A stretch of 64,000 nucleotides of DNA from IMG/VR virus record IMGVR_UViG_3300008108_000264. One strand, given 5' to 3'. Below the pieces are notes generated by a model, which saw nothing but the letters and a program-made list of their open reading frames with translations, ran no database searches and had not been told where the DNA came from. The stretch is from an uncultured virus (IMG/VR IMGVR_UViG_3300008108_000264). Lineage: Duplodnaviria > Heunggongvirae > Uroviricota > Caudoviricetes. Shown piece after piece: positions 51,892-62,034 of this stretch (position 1 is its first letter; every line of letters begins with the position of its first letter). A program made the translations under genes and the position numbers.

Positions 51892-53142
51892 ATGGAAAAA
51901 TTTATGCCAAACTTAAGTGACTTAGCTGACACTGAAATCAGCTTAAACGATTTAGATAATATTATTGAGAAGGAATCATTTAATTTCTCACAAGAAAGTC
52001 CTAATTTTTCAAATCAATCTGTTAGTCCTATGGATATGACTAATAGCTTGGTTCCAAAAGAAGATCCTTTCCAAAAAGAAATGATAAGTATTCTTGATAA
52101 TGAAATAAATTCTTCAGGAGTTAACGATGCTCCAGAACCTAGAGTTCAAAATGAAATTCAACCTCAAGTTGATTATTATGAAAATCAAAATAATTATAAT
52201 CAACCAGATGCTTACGATGTTGCTTTTGAACTTATACAGGAGATGGATCTTCTAAGATTACCACAAGGTATTCAATCATTAACACCAGAAGAAATTCAAT
52301 TTTATAAAGAACAAACATTAATTCAACAAAGAGAAGAAGCATTAGAATATCTAAGAAGTCAAATTTCACATGATCCTTATATGTTAGAAATATTTGACTA
52401 TACTATGGCAGGAAAAGACTTTGCAGATATTACTACTTTTAAAGCTTTAAACAATGTTGAAATTAACTATGAGACACTTAACATAAATGATGAAGAAACT
52501 CAAAAAGAATTAGTAAGACAATATCTTTCAAGCGACTTAAATCCCGCAGATAAAAAAGATAGAGAATTACTTTCTTACATTCCTGAAAAGATAGAAAAAT
52601 TATTAGATTCAGGTGAGTTGAGACATAAAGCCGCTGAGGCAAGAGATCATTTTGTTAATAGAATAAGACAACAAAAAGAATTTGAATTTCAAAAAGCCAT
52701 TGAATTAAGAGAAGCAAGCGAATACGAAGCGTGGTTAGAGCAGCAAGAACAATTACAATGGGATCAAGAGTTTAGAGAGATATTACATCAAAGACCTTGG
52801 AGTGATGCTAAAAAACATCAAATAGTAAAAGAGAGTCAGTTAATAGAATTAGAAGATGGATCCAGAATACCTATCTGGGATTACAAACGTCAAATTATTT
52901 TTTCTGATCCTTACCTATTCCAACAGTTTTTAGATTTTACAGCTAAACTAGATTTACAACAAGGAGATTTTGTGGGTTTAGAATATTCTGATGAACCTGA
53001 CTTATCTAAATCTACTATAAATAAAATATTAGAACGAGCAGTTCAAAAATCACAAACCGCTAAAAATAATTCTACTACTAGAAATCCTACTTTTGAAAAA
53101 CAAAATACTAAACAAGTAGCAGATCCTAATCAGTGGTTTTAA
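51892..53142 (+). CDS. Acidic pre-capsid protein (scaffold-like)
   Basis: Acidic, helical, directly upstream of the MCP. Confidence 0.55.
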   Translation: MEKFMPNLSDLADTEISLNDLDNIIEKESFNFSQESPNFSNQSVSPMDMTNSLVPKEDPFQKEMISILDNEINSSGVNDAPEPRVQNEIQPQVDYYENQNNYNQPDAYDVAFELIQEMDLLRLPQGIQSLTPEEIQFYKEQTLIQQREEALEYLRSQISHDPYMLEIFDYTMAGKDFADITTFKALNNVEINYETLNINDEETQKELVRQYLSSDLNPADKKDRELLSYIPEKIEKLLDSGELRHKAAEARDHFVNRIRQQKEFEFQKAIELREASEYEAWLEQQEQLQWDQEFREILHQRPWSDAKKHQIVKESQLIELEDGSRIPIWDYKRQIIFSDPYLFQQFLDFTAKLDLQQGDFVGLEYSDEPDLSKSTINKILERAVQKSQTAKNNSTTRNPTFEKQNTKQVADPNQWF

Positions 53143-53172
53143 CATTAATTAAATTTAAAATTTTATAAACAA

Positions 53173-54747
53173 ATGACAAATCCTACTAGTTTTCATAACT
53201 CTCAAGTAAGTTTTGGTGTTAAACCTGTTAAGGTTACTCCAGGCTTGGGTGTTAGAGGTGAAGTAACTTCATCTCACTTACATATGGCATTTGGTGTTGA
53301 TCAACCTCATAATATTAACATGGGTTATGCTAGAGTATTCTCTGCAACTACTCGTTATTATGGTAAACCAATGGTTGGTATGACTGAAGCTAAAGGTAAC
53401 ATTAAATTGTTATCATCTCATATTTATCGTTGGAGATTATCTGGCGATATGTATCAGAAACTTCGCGTAACTCGCGTAACTACTAATGATGTACGTCCAG
53501 GTCTTAATCACTCTGCATTTACTCTTGTATTAGACAAGCCTTGGTTCCAAGTGCCTGACATTATTCAAGGTGAAGATAACAGATACAGACTTCGCGTTAC
53601 TAATGAAGAACCTACTGAATTAGGTATCAATGAATTTGAATACACAGTTGAACTTGTAACTGACAATCCTAACGAATTCTTCCCTGCTGAACTTATAATG
53701 GAAGGTATGGAATTCTGTAAAGTATCAAGTGCTGTAGCTAACGAAGGTAACCAAGATTTTGGTGGTTTCCAATTTGCTACTATCTTTGAATCTGAAGGAC
53801 AACTTGGTCAATTCGCTGTTAAATTTGAATTAAGTGACCGTGCAGCTCGTAAAGCTAAACAGTGTGCTGATGAAGGAAAACATGGTGATGAGTACTATGG
53901 TCAATATATTAACCAACTTCGCGTTCCTTTTATGTCAACAGACGAAAATGGTAACATCCAAAAATGGACTAACTTTATGTCTATGGCTGAAGCAGAAATG
54001 CACAACCGTGTATATGAAGATGTTGAAAACGCAATGATGTTAGGTAAAGCTTCTAGCTGGATGACATCTAAAGAAGGTTATATCATCACAACTGGTTCTG
54101 GAGTACGTCAGCAATTAGAGTCTGGTAATGTTCTTCAGCACAATGGTAACATGACACTTTCTCAATTGAATGACTGGTTCACAGCTATTCTTAAAGACAA
54201 ACGTGATAGAGGAGATGCTAAGATCGTTCTTTCTTGTGGTATTAAGTTTGCTGAAATGTTTGACCGTATGGTTAAAGCTGATAGCTCTACTTTCTTAACA
54301 CTTGACACTCACTTTATCCGTAAAGGTTCTGATTATCATCACATGGATTATGGTAGCTATTTTGCTTCTTACAAAGGTTTCATCGTAGAAGTACAAGTTA
54401 TGTTAAATCCTGCTTATGACAATCGTTATTTCCAACCTAAAATGCACCCAGTATATACTAACTATACTATTGACTCTTGGAGAGCTGACATTCTTGACTT
54501 TGGTTCTACCAAACAACAAGGTACAGGTCAAAGTGATCCTAACATCTCAATGGTAAAAGAATCTTACTGTGACTATCATATCTCTCACAGAGGTAAATGG
54601 GATCCTAAATCAGGTCTTCCTATTACTGACGGTGGTTATGGTTTAGCCGGTGGTATTTCAGGTTATACTCTTGTTCGTGAAAAATCAGCTGGTGTTATGA
54701 TTGCTGACGTATCACGTTGTGGAGCTATCTATTTGAATATAGATTAA
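53173..54747 (+). CDS. Major capsid protein (crAss-like)
   Basis: Position, strong codon bias, YRWRL, TGSGVRQQLE; followed by a hairpin. Confidence 0.85.
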   Translation: MTNPTSFHNSQVSFGVKPVKVTPGLGVRGEVTSSHLHMAFGVDQPHNINMGYARVFSATTRYYGKPMVGMTEAKGNIKLLSSHIYRWRLSGDMYQKLRVTRVTTNDVRPGLNHSAFTLVLDKPWFQVPDIIQGEDNRYRLRVTNEEPTELGINEFEYTVELVTDNPNEFFPAELIMEGMEFCKVSSAVANEGNQDFGGFQFATIFESEGQLGQFAVKFELSDRAARKAKQCADEGKHGDEYYGQYINQLRVPFMSTDENGNIQKWTNFMSMAEAEMHNRVYEDVENAMMLGKASSWMTSKEGYIITTGSGVRQQLESGNVLQHNGNMTLSQLNDWFTAILKDKRDRGDAKIVLSCGIKFAEMFDRMVKADSSTFLTLDTHFIRKGSDYHHMDYGSYFASYKGFIVEVQVMLNPAYDNRYFQPKMHPVYTNYTIDSWRADILDFGSTKQQGTGQSDPNISMVKESYCDYHISHRGKWDPKSGLPITDGGYGLAGGISGYTLVREKSAGVMIADVSRCGAIYLNID

Positions 54748-54847
54748 TTTTATATTATATAGCTAATTAAAGTGTTGATTTTAGAAAAGGATTGGGGGAG
54801 AAAATCCCCCTCTTCTAAATCAATGTAAAACTTTTAAAAATAAATTT

Positions 54848-55936
54848 ATGCCTAAATTAGAAACAAGAAACAATCCAAACGTAATTAAAATTGAACCTAG
54901 CCCAACTAAAAAGCCTACAGTAAAAGTTAAGATGCAAACTCTTAATATGGCAGGTGGCTCTCCAAAATTTATAACTGACGAAAGCGGTAAGAAGACTTAC
55001 CAAATGAGTTATAAGGATCCTAAAAATCTTACAAGACTTCCAGGTACTGTTGTAGAATATTCTGCATCTCTTGGTAAAAATGGTTTAAATACCGGTCTTG
55101 ATAAAAACGTAGACAATCCTTATTCAGATTTAGATTTTTATAGACAAGGTTGGGAACCTATCCTAAAGGGTAAAAAGAAAGTTCGTTTACAAGAATTATT
55201 AGAATATAAACATAATAAACCAGCAAATTATTATACAAATCAAGTTTCAGATATTCGCAGTTCTTATCAGATGGAGGAAGCTCCATTCTATCAAAGACCT
55301 GAATCAAGAATATCTTTAAGAGATGGTGTTACATATCTTGATTTAAATAATCCTATTCATGAGGTTAATTATTATATGTTACGTTCTCATAAAATGGTAG
55401 CTAATAGTTATGAAGAGTTAAAAACAAATCCTGACGCTACTCATTACATTGTAGATGAAAATGAAAAAGTTGGTCGTGAATCTGCATCTATCCGTAAAAT
55501 AAATAAAGTGGGTGCATGTCTTGAAAAACTCATTAATATGCCTGATGGTACTATCCAAGATTTCTGTAAAGCAATGCTTGTTAACAAACAAGATTTAAAT
55601 AAAGAAGAAGCTTACTCAGAACTTGATGCTGTAGTTAAAAAGTCAGATGAAAGATATGATGAGTTTATGGATCTTTATGAAATGTGGGATGATCCTGCAA
55701 CTAGAGAGAAATTCATGGCTTACGTTGAAACAGCTGAATTTATGTCTGTACCTAGTTTAATAACTGTTAGAAATAATAAATTCTTCTGGACACAACCTGC
55801 AGGTGATGGTGGTAAACGCGAATTATGGGAATGGAAATCTAAAGAAGATTTTATTAATTCATTCTTATTGGATCCTAGATATCAAGATGAAGTAGAAATT
55901 CTTAGAGCTCAATATAGATCTAAAACAAGATTCTAA
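54848..55936 (+). CDS. Post-capsid structural protein
   Basis: Gene order after MCP; LDLNNPIH. Confidence 0.55.
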   Translation: MPKLETRNNPNVIKIEPSPTKKPTVKVKMQTLNMAGGSPKFITDESGKKTYQMSYKDPKNLTRLPGTVVEYSASLGKNGLNTGLDKNVDNPYSDLDFYRQGWEPILKGKKKVRLQELLEYKHNKPANYYTNQVSDIRSSYQMEEAPFYQRPESRISLRDGVTYLDLNNPIHEVNYYMLRSHKMVANSYEELKTNPDATHYIVDENEKVGRESASIRKINKVGACLEKLINMPDGTIQDFCKAMLVNKQDLNKEEAYSELDAVVKKSDERYDEFMDLYEMWDDPATREKFMAYVETAEFMSVPSLITVRNNKFFWTQPAGDGGKRELWEWKSKEDFINSFLLDPRYQDEVEILRAQYRSKTRF

Positions 55937-55942
55937 TAAATT

Positions 55943-56707
55943 ATGTTAATAGATGAAATGCACTATAGGTTTGATTTAGAGGTTGATAGAGTTGCATCTC
56001 AAGATCGACCTGATATTCTTCCTCCTGAAAAGGATGATTATCTTAATCGTGCAATTAATATCTTTATTAAAGATAGATATGGTTTTGATAATCCTAAAAA
56101 GGAAGGGTTTGAAACCAGTCAAGAAAGAATAAGCAATTTAATGAACTTGCATATTAAATCTCCTGAATTACAACCAGCAGTAACTCCTTTAGACTTAGGA
56201 AATGGTTTGTTTGAACTGAGATTAAGTTCTTTAAATTATAGATATCTTTTTCTTACATCAGCTAAAGTGATGATAAGAAAAGGAGAATGTGTTAAAACTA
56301 TTGATAATACCATGTGGCAAATTGATGACAGGAAAACTGTATTTTCAGATGCTTCATTTGAATGGTCAAGAGTTTTAGCAAACTTTGGAAAATCTACTGC
56401 TGTAGCTACAGCTAACAATCAAATACCAAGTTTATATTTCGATACAAGAGATAAAGCAGGTAAGTCTCAATTTGACATTGATAGTGTTTATATTAATTAC
56501 ATTAAATATCCTAATAGGGTATGTATAGGTGGTTATAAACACATTGATGATAAAACGCCTTCAGCAACAACTCCTACCACAAACTGTGATATCGATGATA
56601 TATTTCATGATGAGATTGTTAGAATAGCTTCAGAGCTAGCATTCAAAGACATACAAGACCAATTTGGTTATCAATCTTCTCAATTACAAACAGAAAAAGA
56701 TAAATAA
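55943..56707 (+). CDS. Head-tail adaptor / tail ring protein
   Basis: EKDDYLNRA, GFE.SQERI, YIKYP, HDEIVRIA pattern of crAss-like ring proteins. Confidence 0.65.
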   Translation: MLIDEMHYRFDLEVDRVASQDRPDILPPEKDDYLNRAINIFIKDRYGFDNPKKEGFETSQERISNLMNLHIKSPELQPAVTPLDLGNGLFELRLSSLNYRYLFLTSAKVMIRKGECVKTIDNTMWQIDDRKTVFSDASFEWSRVLANFGKSTAVATANNQIPSLYFDTRDKAGKSQFDIDSVYINYIKYPNRVCIGGYKHIDDKTPSATTPTTNCDIDDIFHDEIVRIASELAFKDIQDQFGYQSSQLQTEKDK

Positions 56708-56721
56708 AAAAATTTAAAATT

Positions 56722-58125
56722 ATGATTACAAAACACAAAGTAGAAACTTTTATAGTTCCTCGTTTAGGTGTAGCATTTCCCATTACTCCTGGTACAACTA
56801 CATTATGGGATTCTACTACTGATGCTGATTTATTAGCTGTAGGTGGATTTGCATTTTATGAGCCAGTTGTTGGTTCTGGTAACCCTGTTTCAACACTTGC
56901 TGCTCAAACAGTAGCAAACACACCTTCATTCAAAATTATTCACCGTAGAGATGAATCTCAAGATTTAAATCCATTACAACCTAGAAAATATATCCAAACT
57001 GGCGAAATCAAAACTGATTGCTTAGTAAGTGCTAAAGGTGCTTCTGCTAGATTGAAAAATAACGGATGTTGGATCATTGGTGATTTAGTAGGTAACGTTG
57101 GTCAAGTACCTGTTGCTGATGAAACTGAATATATGGTTAATGCTGCTCTTCGTGGATGGAGAACAGACATGCAGAATGGTTATAACACTCCATTAAAAAT
57201 GGGTCGTTTTACTACTCCTGATTATACATTGTCAACTATTTACACAACTGCTGATCAACAAGTAGATCATATTCTTGGTAACGTTGCTTTTGATTTCAAC
57301 TCTGGTTCTCCAGCTGATATCGTAGCAATTTGTATTAATAGCGCCGCTACTGCAGATGTTACTAATGGTGATGTTATTGATATTACTGCAGCTGCTGCTT
57401 TAACTATTGGTGCTCAAATTGTTATTGGTTATACCAACGCTGGTCAACCTATTAAATTAACAGTTGATGCTCAATTGATTGAAATGTTTAATCTTCTTAT
57501 TAGTGTTTATGGTTTAACTGGTACTGAACAAATCGTACCTTACGCTTTAGCTACTGCTGCAAACTTAGCTGTTGCTAACAGAAACATTACTGGTGGTATT
57601 GTAGCTGCTTCTGCTACTACTGGTGTAGATAGATTATTGTTTATTTCTTTAAACAAAAAGCTTGCTTTCTACGACGAAGTATTCCAAACTAAAGAACGTG
57701 TTAACGTTGGTTTAGATGGTGGATTTGGTCAGACTACTCTTAGCCAAAGAGCTATCACTACTTCTGAAGGTCAAGGTTATGGTAGAGAATTAGCACAATA
57801 CTATGGTGACATGTTTGGTAACAGACTTTACCCAGGTGGTAAAAAATGGCAGCCTAACTCTGTTAGATATTCTAACGAGATTCAAGAGAATGCTATTTAT
57901 GACGTATATGTTATCGAATATTGTTCTAATAGAACTGCTACTAGTGGTTTAGTGAGTGTATCTCCTCAAAGAATTATTCTTGCTGTTATTAACCAAGAAA
58001 TTGGTAGCGCAGTAACTAATCCTTTCTTTACAGGTGTAGCTAACCCTCAAAAAACTTATATCGAAACAAGACTTAACACTTGGATGCCAACTACTGGATT
58101 CCCATTCACTGCGTTAGCTCTCTAA
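56722..58125 (+). CDS. Abundant virion protein (auxiliary capsid or tail)
   Basis: Highly-expressed codon bias, Thr/Ala/Gly-rich, followed by a terminator. Confidence 0.55.
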   Translation: MITKHKVETFIVPRLGVAFPITPGTTTLWDSTTDADLLAVGGFAFYEPVVGSGNPVSTLAAQTVANTPSFKIIHRRDESQDLNPLQPRKYIQTGEIKTDCLVSAKGASARLKNNGCWIIGDLVGNVGQVPVADETEYMVNAALRGWRTDMQNGYNTPLKMGRFTTPDYTLSTIYTTADQQVDHILGNVAFDFNSGSPADIVAICINSAATADVTNGDVIDITAAAALTIGAQIVIGYTNAGQPIKLTVDAQLIEMFNLLISVYGLTGTEQIVPYALATAANLAVANRNITGGIVAASATTGVDRLLFISLNKKLAFYDEVFQTKERVNVGLDGGFGQTTLSQRAITTSEGQGYGRELAQYYGDMFGNRLYPGGKKWQPNSVRYSNEIQENAIYDVYVIEYCSNRTATSGLVSVSPQRIILAVINQEIGSAVTNPFFTGVANPQKTYIETRLNTWMPTTGFPFTALAL

Positions 58126-58146
58126 GAATAACAATTTAATAATACC

Positions 58147-58181
58147 AAAAGGTGGGTGGTTAACATCATCCACCTTTTTTT
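58147..58181 (+). terminator. Intrinsic terminator
   Basis: AAAAGGTGGGTG/CATCCACCTTTTTTT. Confidence 0.7.
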
Positions 58182-58194
58182 AAAATATATAACT

Positions 58195-59241
58195 ATGAGT
58201 TGTAAATATATTCCAATGTATATAGATAGAAGAGTTTTCGTAACAGGAAAGGAATCTATTTTAAATACTCATAATTTTGTTGAAGCAGGTTTCTTACCTA
58301 GAGGTGGAGAAGCCAATGATGTACTTGTAAAATGTACAAGTAAGGATTATCATACTAAATGGGATTCACTATTAAATATATTAACACCTCTACTTCCAAC
58401 TCTACTTCAAGGTTTATACACATTTGAAAATGCATTAACAGAATCTCCCAATTTTACTGTTAAGTGGGGTGGTAATTTAACAATAAATACTTCAATAGAC
58501 GGTCTTAATTTATACGGAGTTTCATTTAAAAACTTAAATGGATTCAATGTAGGTACCAATGCATCAGATATTACATTAAGTACTACTACAGGAGATATTG
58601 TAATAGAATCTGATGATATTCTAGAATTACAAGGAAAAAATGAAATTAGAATAGTAACTCCTAATGTTACTAATACTACAGCTACTGCTGGTCAAGTACT
58701 TCAATTAATAGATCAAACTACAGGAGAATCTGAATGGCAAAGTTATATAAATAAATGTGAAGTATTACATTTCTTTGACAACCCTCTTAATGTAACAGTA
58801 CCAGATGGTACTATATTACCTTCTACGTATTTAGCTGATAATTATCTTTTATTAGGAAATACATTATCAACTGATGGTAGTTATATTGAAGTAGAAGCTG
58901 TACAAACTGTTACAGGAACATCTGGAGCTGTACCTCAATTAGTAATAGGATTGGGATTAGGACTATCACCTTTAGTTAAATATACTAGAAATCCTCCTGA
59001 TCATCAATTTACTCATATTGCTAAAGGTAAGATATTTAGAACTTCATCAACTACAGTATATCTTAGTATTGAAGGAAATATTTATGATCCTACAGGTGAA
59101 CGTATAAATTCTTATTATGATTATCAATCAGGATCTTTTAACTGGATTAGTAATGCAAATATAGTTTGTAATTTTAATTTAGGTATTGGAGATCATGTTT
59201 CTGAATTAAAACATTTTTCAATTACTAAATTTTTAAAATAA
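58195..59241 (+). CDS. Virion fibre/spike-like protein
   Basis: Start MSCKY; LPRGGEANDVLVK...TKW and AGQVLQ...EW fibre motifs. Confidence 0.55.
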   Translation: MSCKYIPMYIDRRVFVTGKESILNTHNFVEAGFLPRGGEANDVLVKCTSKDYHTKWDSLLNILTPLLPTLLQGLYTFENALTESPNFTVKWGGNLTINTSIDGLNLYGVSFKNLNGFNVGTNASDITLSTTTGDIVIESDDILELQGKNEIRIVTPNVTNTTATAGQVLQLIDQTTGESEWQSYINKCEVLHFFDNPLNVTVPDGTILPSTYLADNYLLLGNTLSTDGSYIEVEAVQTVTGTSGAVPQLVIGLGLGLSPLVKYTRNPPDHQFTHIAKGKIFRTSSTTVYLSIEGNIYDPTGERINSYYDYQSGSFNWISNANIVCNFNLGIGDHVSELKHFSITKFLK

Positions 59242-59245
59242 TAAT

Positions 59246-60823
59246 ATGTTAATATCTGAAATTACTTATACAGGTGTAACTACGGGTACTCTTAATACAC
59301 AAGCTGTAATGACTATTAGTTTAAAAGATACTTCTAAAACTAATGGTACAATTGTATCTAGAGTTTGGGCGTATGGTGTAGTAACTGGTCCTGGTACTGC
59401 AACAATATCTAATTCTTCCGATGAAGATGTTTGTTTAATAATTGATACTAAAAATATAACTGTTAATGTAACTTTAACAGTAACTGACTCAGATGGATTT
59501 ATTTGCCAATCTAGAGCTCAAATAATTAGATCAGGACTTAATACTGCATTCTATGCAATTAATGCTGATTCTTTTGTATTAGCTGGTAACTTAGTTGAGT
59601 TTACTCCTATAGATAATGTAGCAGCTATAAGTGGTTCGCCAACATTCACTACACCTGCATATACTCAATATTGGTTTGATAAAGAAAATGATAATATTTG
59701 GGATATCCAAGATACTTCAGGTTCTATTCCAACTTTTAGTTATGTTTATGGTATATCAAATTATCAAGCTAAAGTAGCAAGTACAAATGCTACAGTTTAT
59801 ACTACAATAGCTTTTAACGCTGTTACTACAGGTAAAGATCTTATTGTTACATCTATAAATGATTGTACTGAATTATCAGCATACTCTGAAAGTGAAGATT
59901 ATCTTTCAAGATTATTAGAAAGAGGAAGTTTAGATAATTCAAATATGAAGTATCTACAAGTTACATTAACTAATAACTGTTGTGCATCTGAATCTGTTGT
60001 TTGTAAAATATATCCTCTTTATGGTATATCTATCTCACAAGGACAATATACTAATACAGGAATTGATGTTCCAGCAGAAGATTGGCCATTATCAGTAGCA
60101 TGTCCTACTGTACCTGACTTTAGATTATTTACTGTACCAATAACAATATCTGGTATTACTGCATCTAATGTATTATCTATTCAACATACTGATAGAGGTA
60201 TACCTGGTTATACTACTGTTACAGGATCATTAACTTTTGATCTTGAAGTTTTATTTGAAGGATATAGTATTGGAGTTTGTGGAAATCAAATACCACAAAC
60301 TAATACAATTATATTAACTACTACAGAAGGACACATATACACAATAGTATATACTTTAGTTGATAATGGTGGCACTACTTCAATGAATTTAGAAATTGAT
60401 AGTATAACTTCACCTACTGAAGCACAATTAAATCCATGTGATATTAGCATAGTAGAAGAACCTTCTAATACAGTTATGTACTTAACTCCTGCTAATTTTG
60501 GTTTAACTTTAGATTCTTTTCCAGATGGTATTTATCAAGTTACAATTAATAATAGTGGTATAAGTAATGAAACAGTCTCAGGTTGTACATTTGTTAATTG
60601 TGAAATGTATTGTTTAATAATTAAAGCATTAGCTAATGAATGTCCTAGTACAATAAGCATATTATATGAAGCTTTAGTTTACTCTGCTAATTGTGATAAT
60701 GTTTCTTGTCAGAATCTTTGTGATTTATATGAAATGTTAGTTTCATTATTAGATGAATGTGATTGTACAATATTATCTAACACACGACCTGTAATATCAT
60801 CTAATTGTGGTTGTAATAAATAA
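59246..60823 (+). CDS. Virion protein with Ig/PKD-like N-terminus and Cys-rich C-terminus
   Basis: VTLTVTDSDG, FPDGIYQV, terminal CGC. Confidence 0.55.
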   Translation: MLISEITYTGVTTGTLNTQAVMTISLKDTSKTNGTIVSRVWAYGVVTGPGTATISNSSDEDVCLIIDTKNITVNVTLTVTDSDGFICQSRAQIIRSGLNTAFYAINADSFVLAGNLVEFTPIDNVAAISGSPTFTTPAYTQYWFDKENDNIWDIQDTSGSIPTFSYVYGISNYQAKVASTNATVYTTIAFNAVTTGKDLIVTSINDCTELSAYSESEDYLSRLLERGSLDNSNMKYLQVTLTNNCCASESVVCKIYPLYGISISQGQYTNTGIDVPAEDWPLSVACPTVPDFRLFTVPITISGITASNVLSIQHTDRGIPGYTTVTGSLTFDLEVLFEGYSIGVCGNQIPQTNTIILTTTEGHIYTIVYTLVDNGGTTSMNLEIDSITSPTEAQLNPCDISIVEEPSNTVMYLTPANFGLTLDSFPDGIYQVTINNSGISNETVSGCTFVNCEMYCLIIKALANECPSTISILYEALVYSANCDNVSCQNLCDLYEMLVSLLDECDCTILSNTRPVISSNCGCNK

Positions 60824-60830
60824 TTAATTT

Positions 60831-62030
60831 ATGAATACATTAAAATGTAAATTATTAGAATATGCAGTTTTATATTCAGGTAAATCCTTATGGGGTTTAG
60901 ATTGTGACTTAGAACAATTACAGATTGAACTTGAAAAAATCCACAGATATTTATTTTTGCTAAATTCATTGGAATCACAGAACGACTGTCCTCATATTCC
61001 AATAAAAATGCAAGAAAAAATAGATAATTATATAAAAGCATTAAATAGAAAAAGATCTACTTTTTGCAAAAATTGTTAATAATTAAAATAAAAATAAAAT
61101 GGCAATTAGAAGTACACTTGTTGGTACACCTGACAAGAATTCAATAGATGCAGCTAGAACAGTTACACATGAGTTAAGAAGAATTAAAAGTGCTCTTGTT
61201 AATGTATCTACAGCACCTAATCAAACTAGCACTATAAATTTATTAACTACTATTGATGCTAGTTTAGCTACTATTGATACAAATATTAGTTCTCTTTTGA
61301 CTTCTACTGAATTAGCAAACTGGAATTTAAAAGCTGGCAATTCAACAGAATACACTTATTATACAGGTATTGATACTGGTAATCCTAGTGGGTCTACATC
61401 TAATGTAAAATTAATAGTTTATAAAGAAGGAATAAGTACAATACTTACTCAAACTATATCTTATAACGCATCAGATTTAGTAATATCAATTGTAACAACT
61501 TAATAAAATAAAGTAAAATGAAAAAAATATATATAGATAAAAGAGTTACCGTTACTGGTAAACAAAATACATTAGATACATCTAATAATCTTGATTTAAA
61601 TAAACACATTGAAAGTGTAGTAGAAGAATTAGATTTAGGTACAAGCTTACCGTATAAAAAGTATGTTGCTGTTATTTCACAAACAGGTGAAAGTGCTCCT
61701 ACTGCTATTATTCTTGAAAATACTTTAGGTGAAGTTCCAACATGGTCATATCCTGATCCTACTAAAAAAGGTACATATACATTAACATCAGTTGATCCTA
61801 AATTATTTGAAGGACATGTTGGTGTTTTCTTTTCATCAACTGGTGAACAACCTTTTGAAGGAGTACTTGGTCAATATGCTGAACTTTCAGGTGATAAACC
61901 AAAATATGATTATCAATTAAATTTTTATTCTGCTAACGTTGATGGTACTGGAAACAGAAATCTTTCTGATGGTTTATTTAATTGTATGATTGAAATTAGA
62001 GTTTATCCTTTAACTAATATAGAAAACTAA
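60831..62030 (+). CDS. Three small structural-region ORFs (60831-61079, 61099-61503, 61518-62030)
   Basis: Closely spaced; 61518 has YKKYVAVISQTGESAPTAIILENTLG...IEIRVY. Confidence 0.6.
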
Positions 62031-62034
62031 AACT

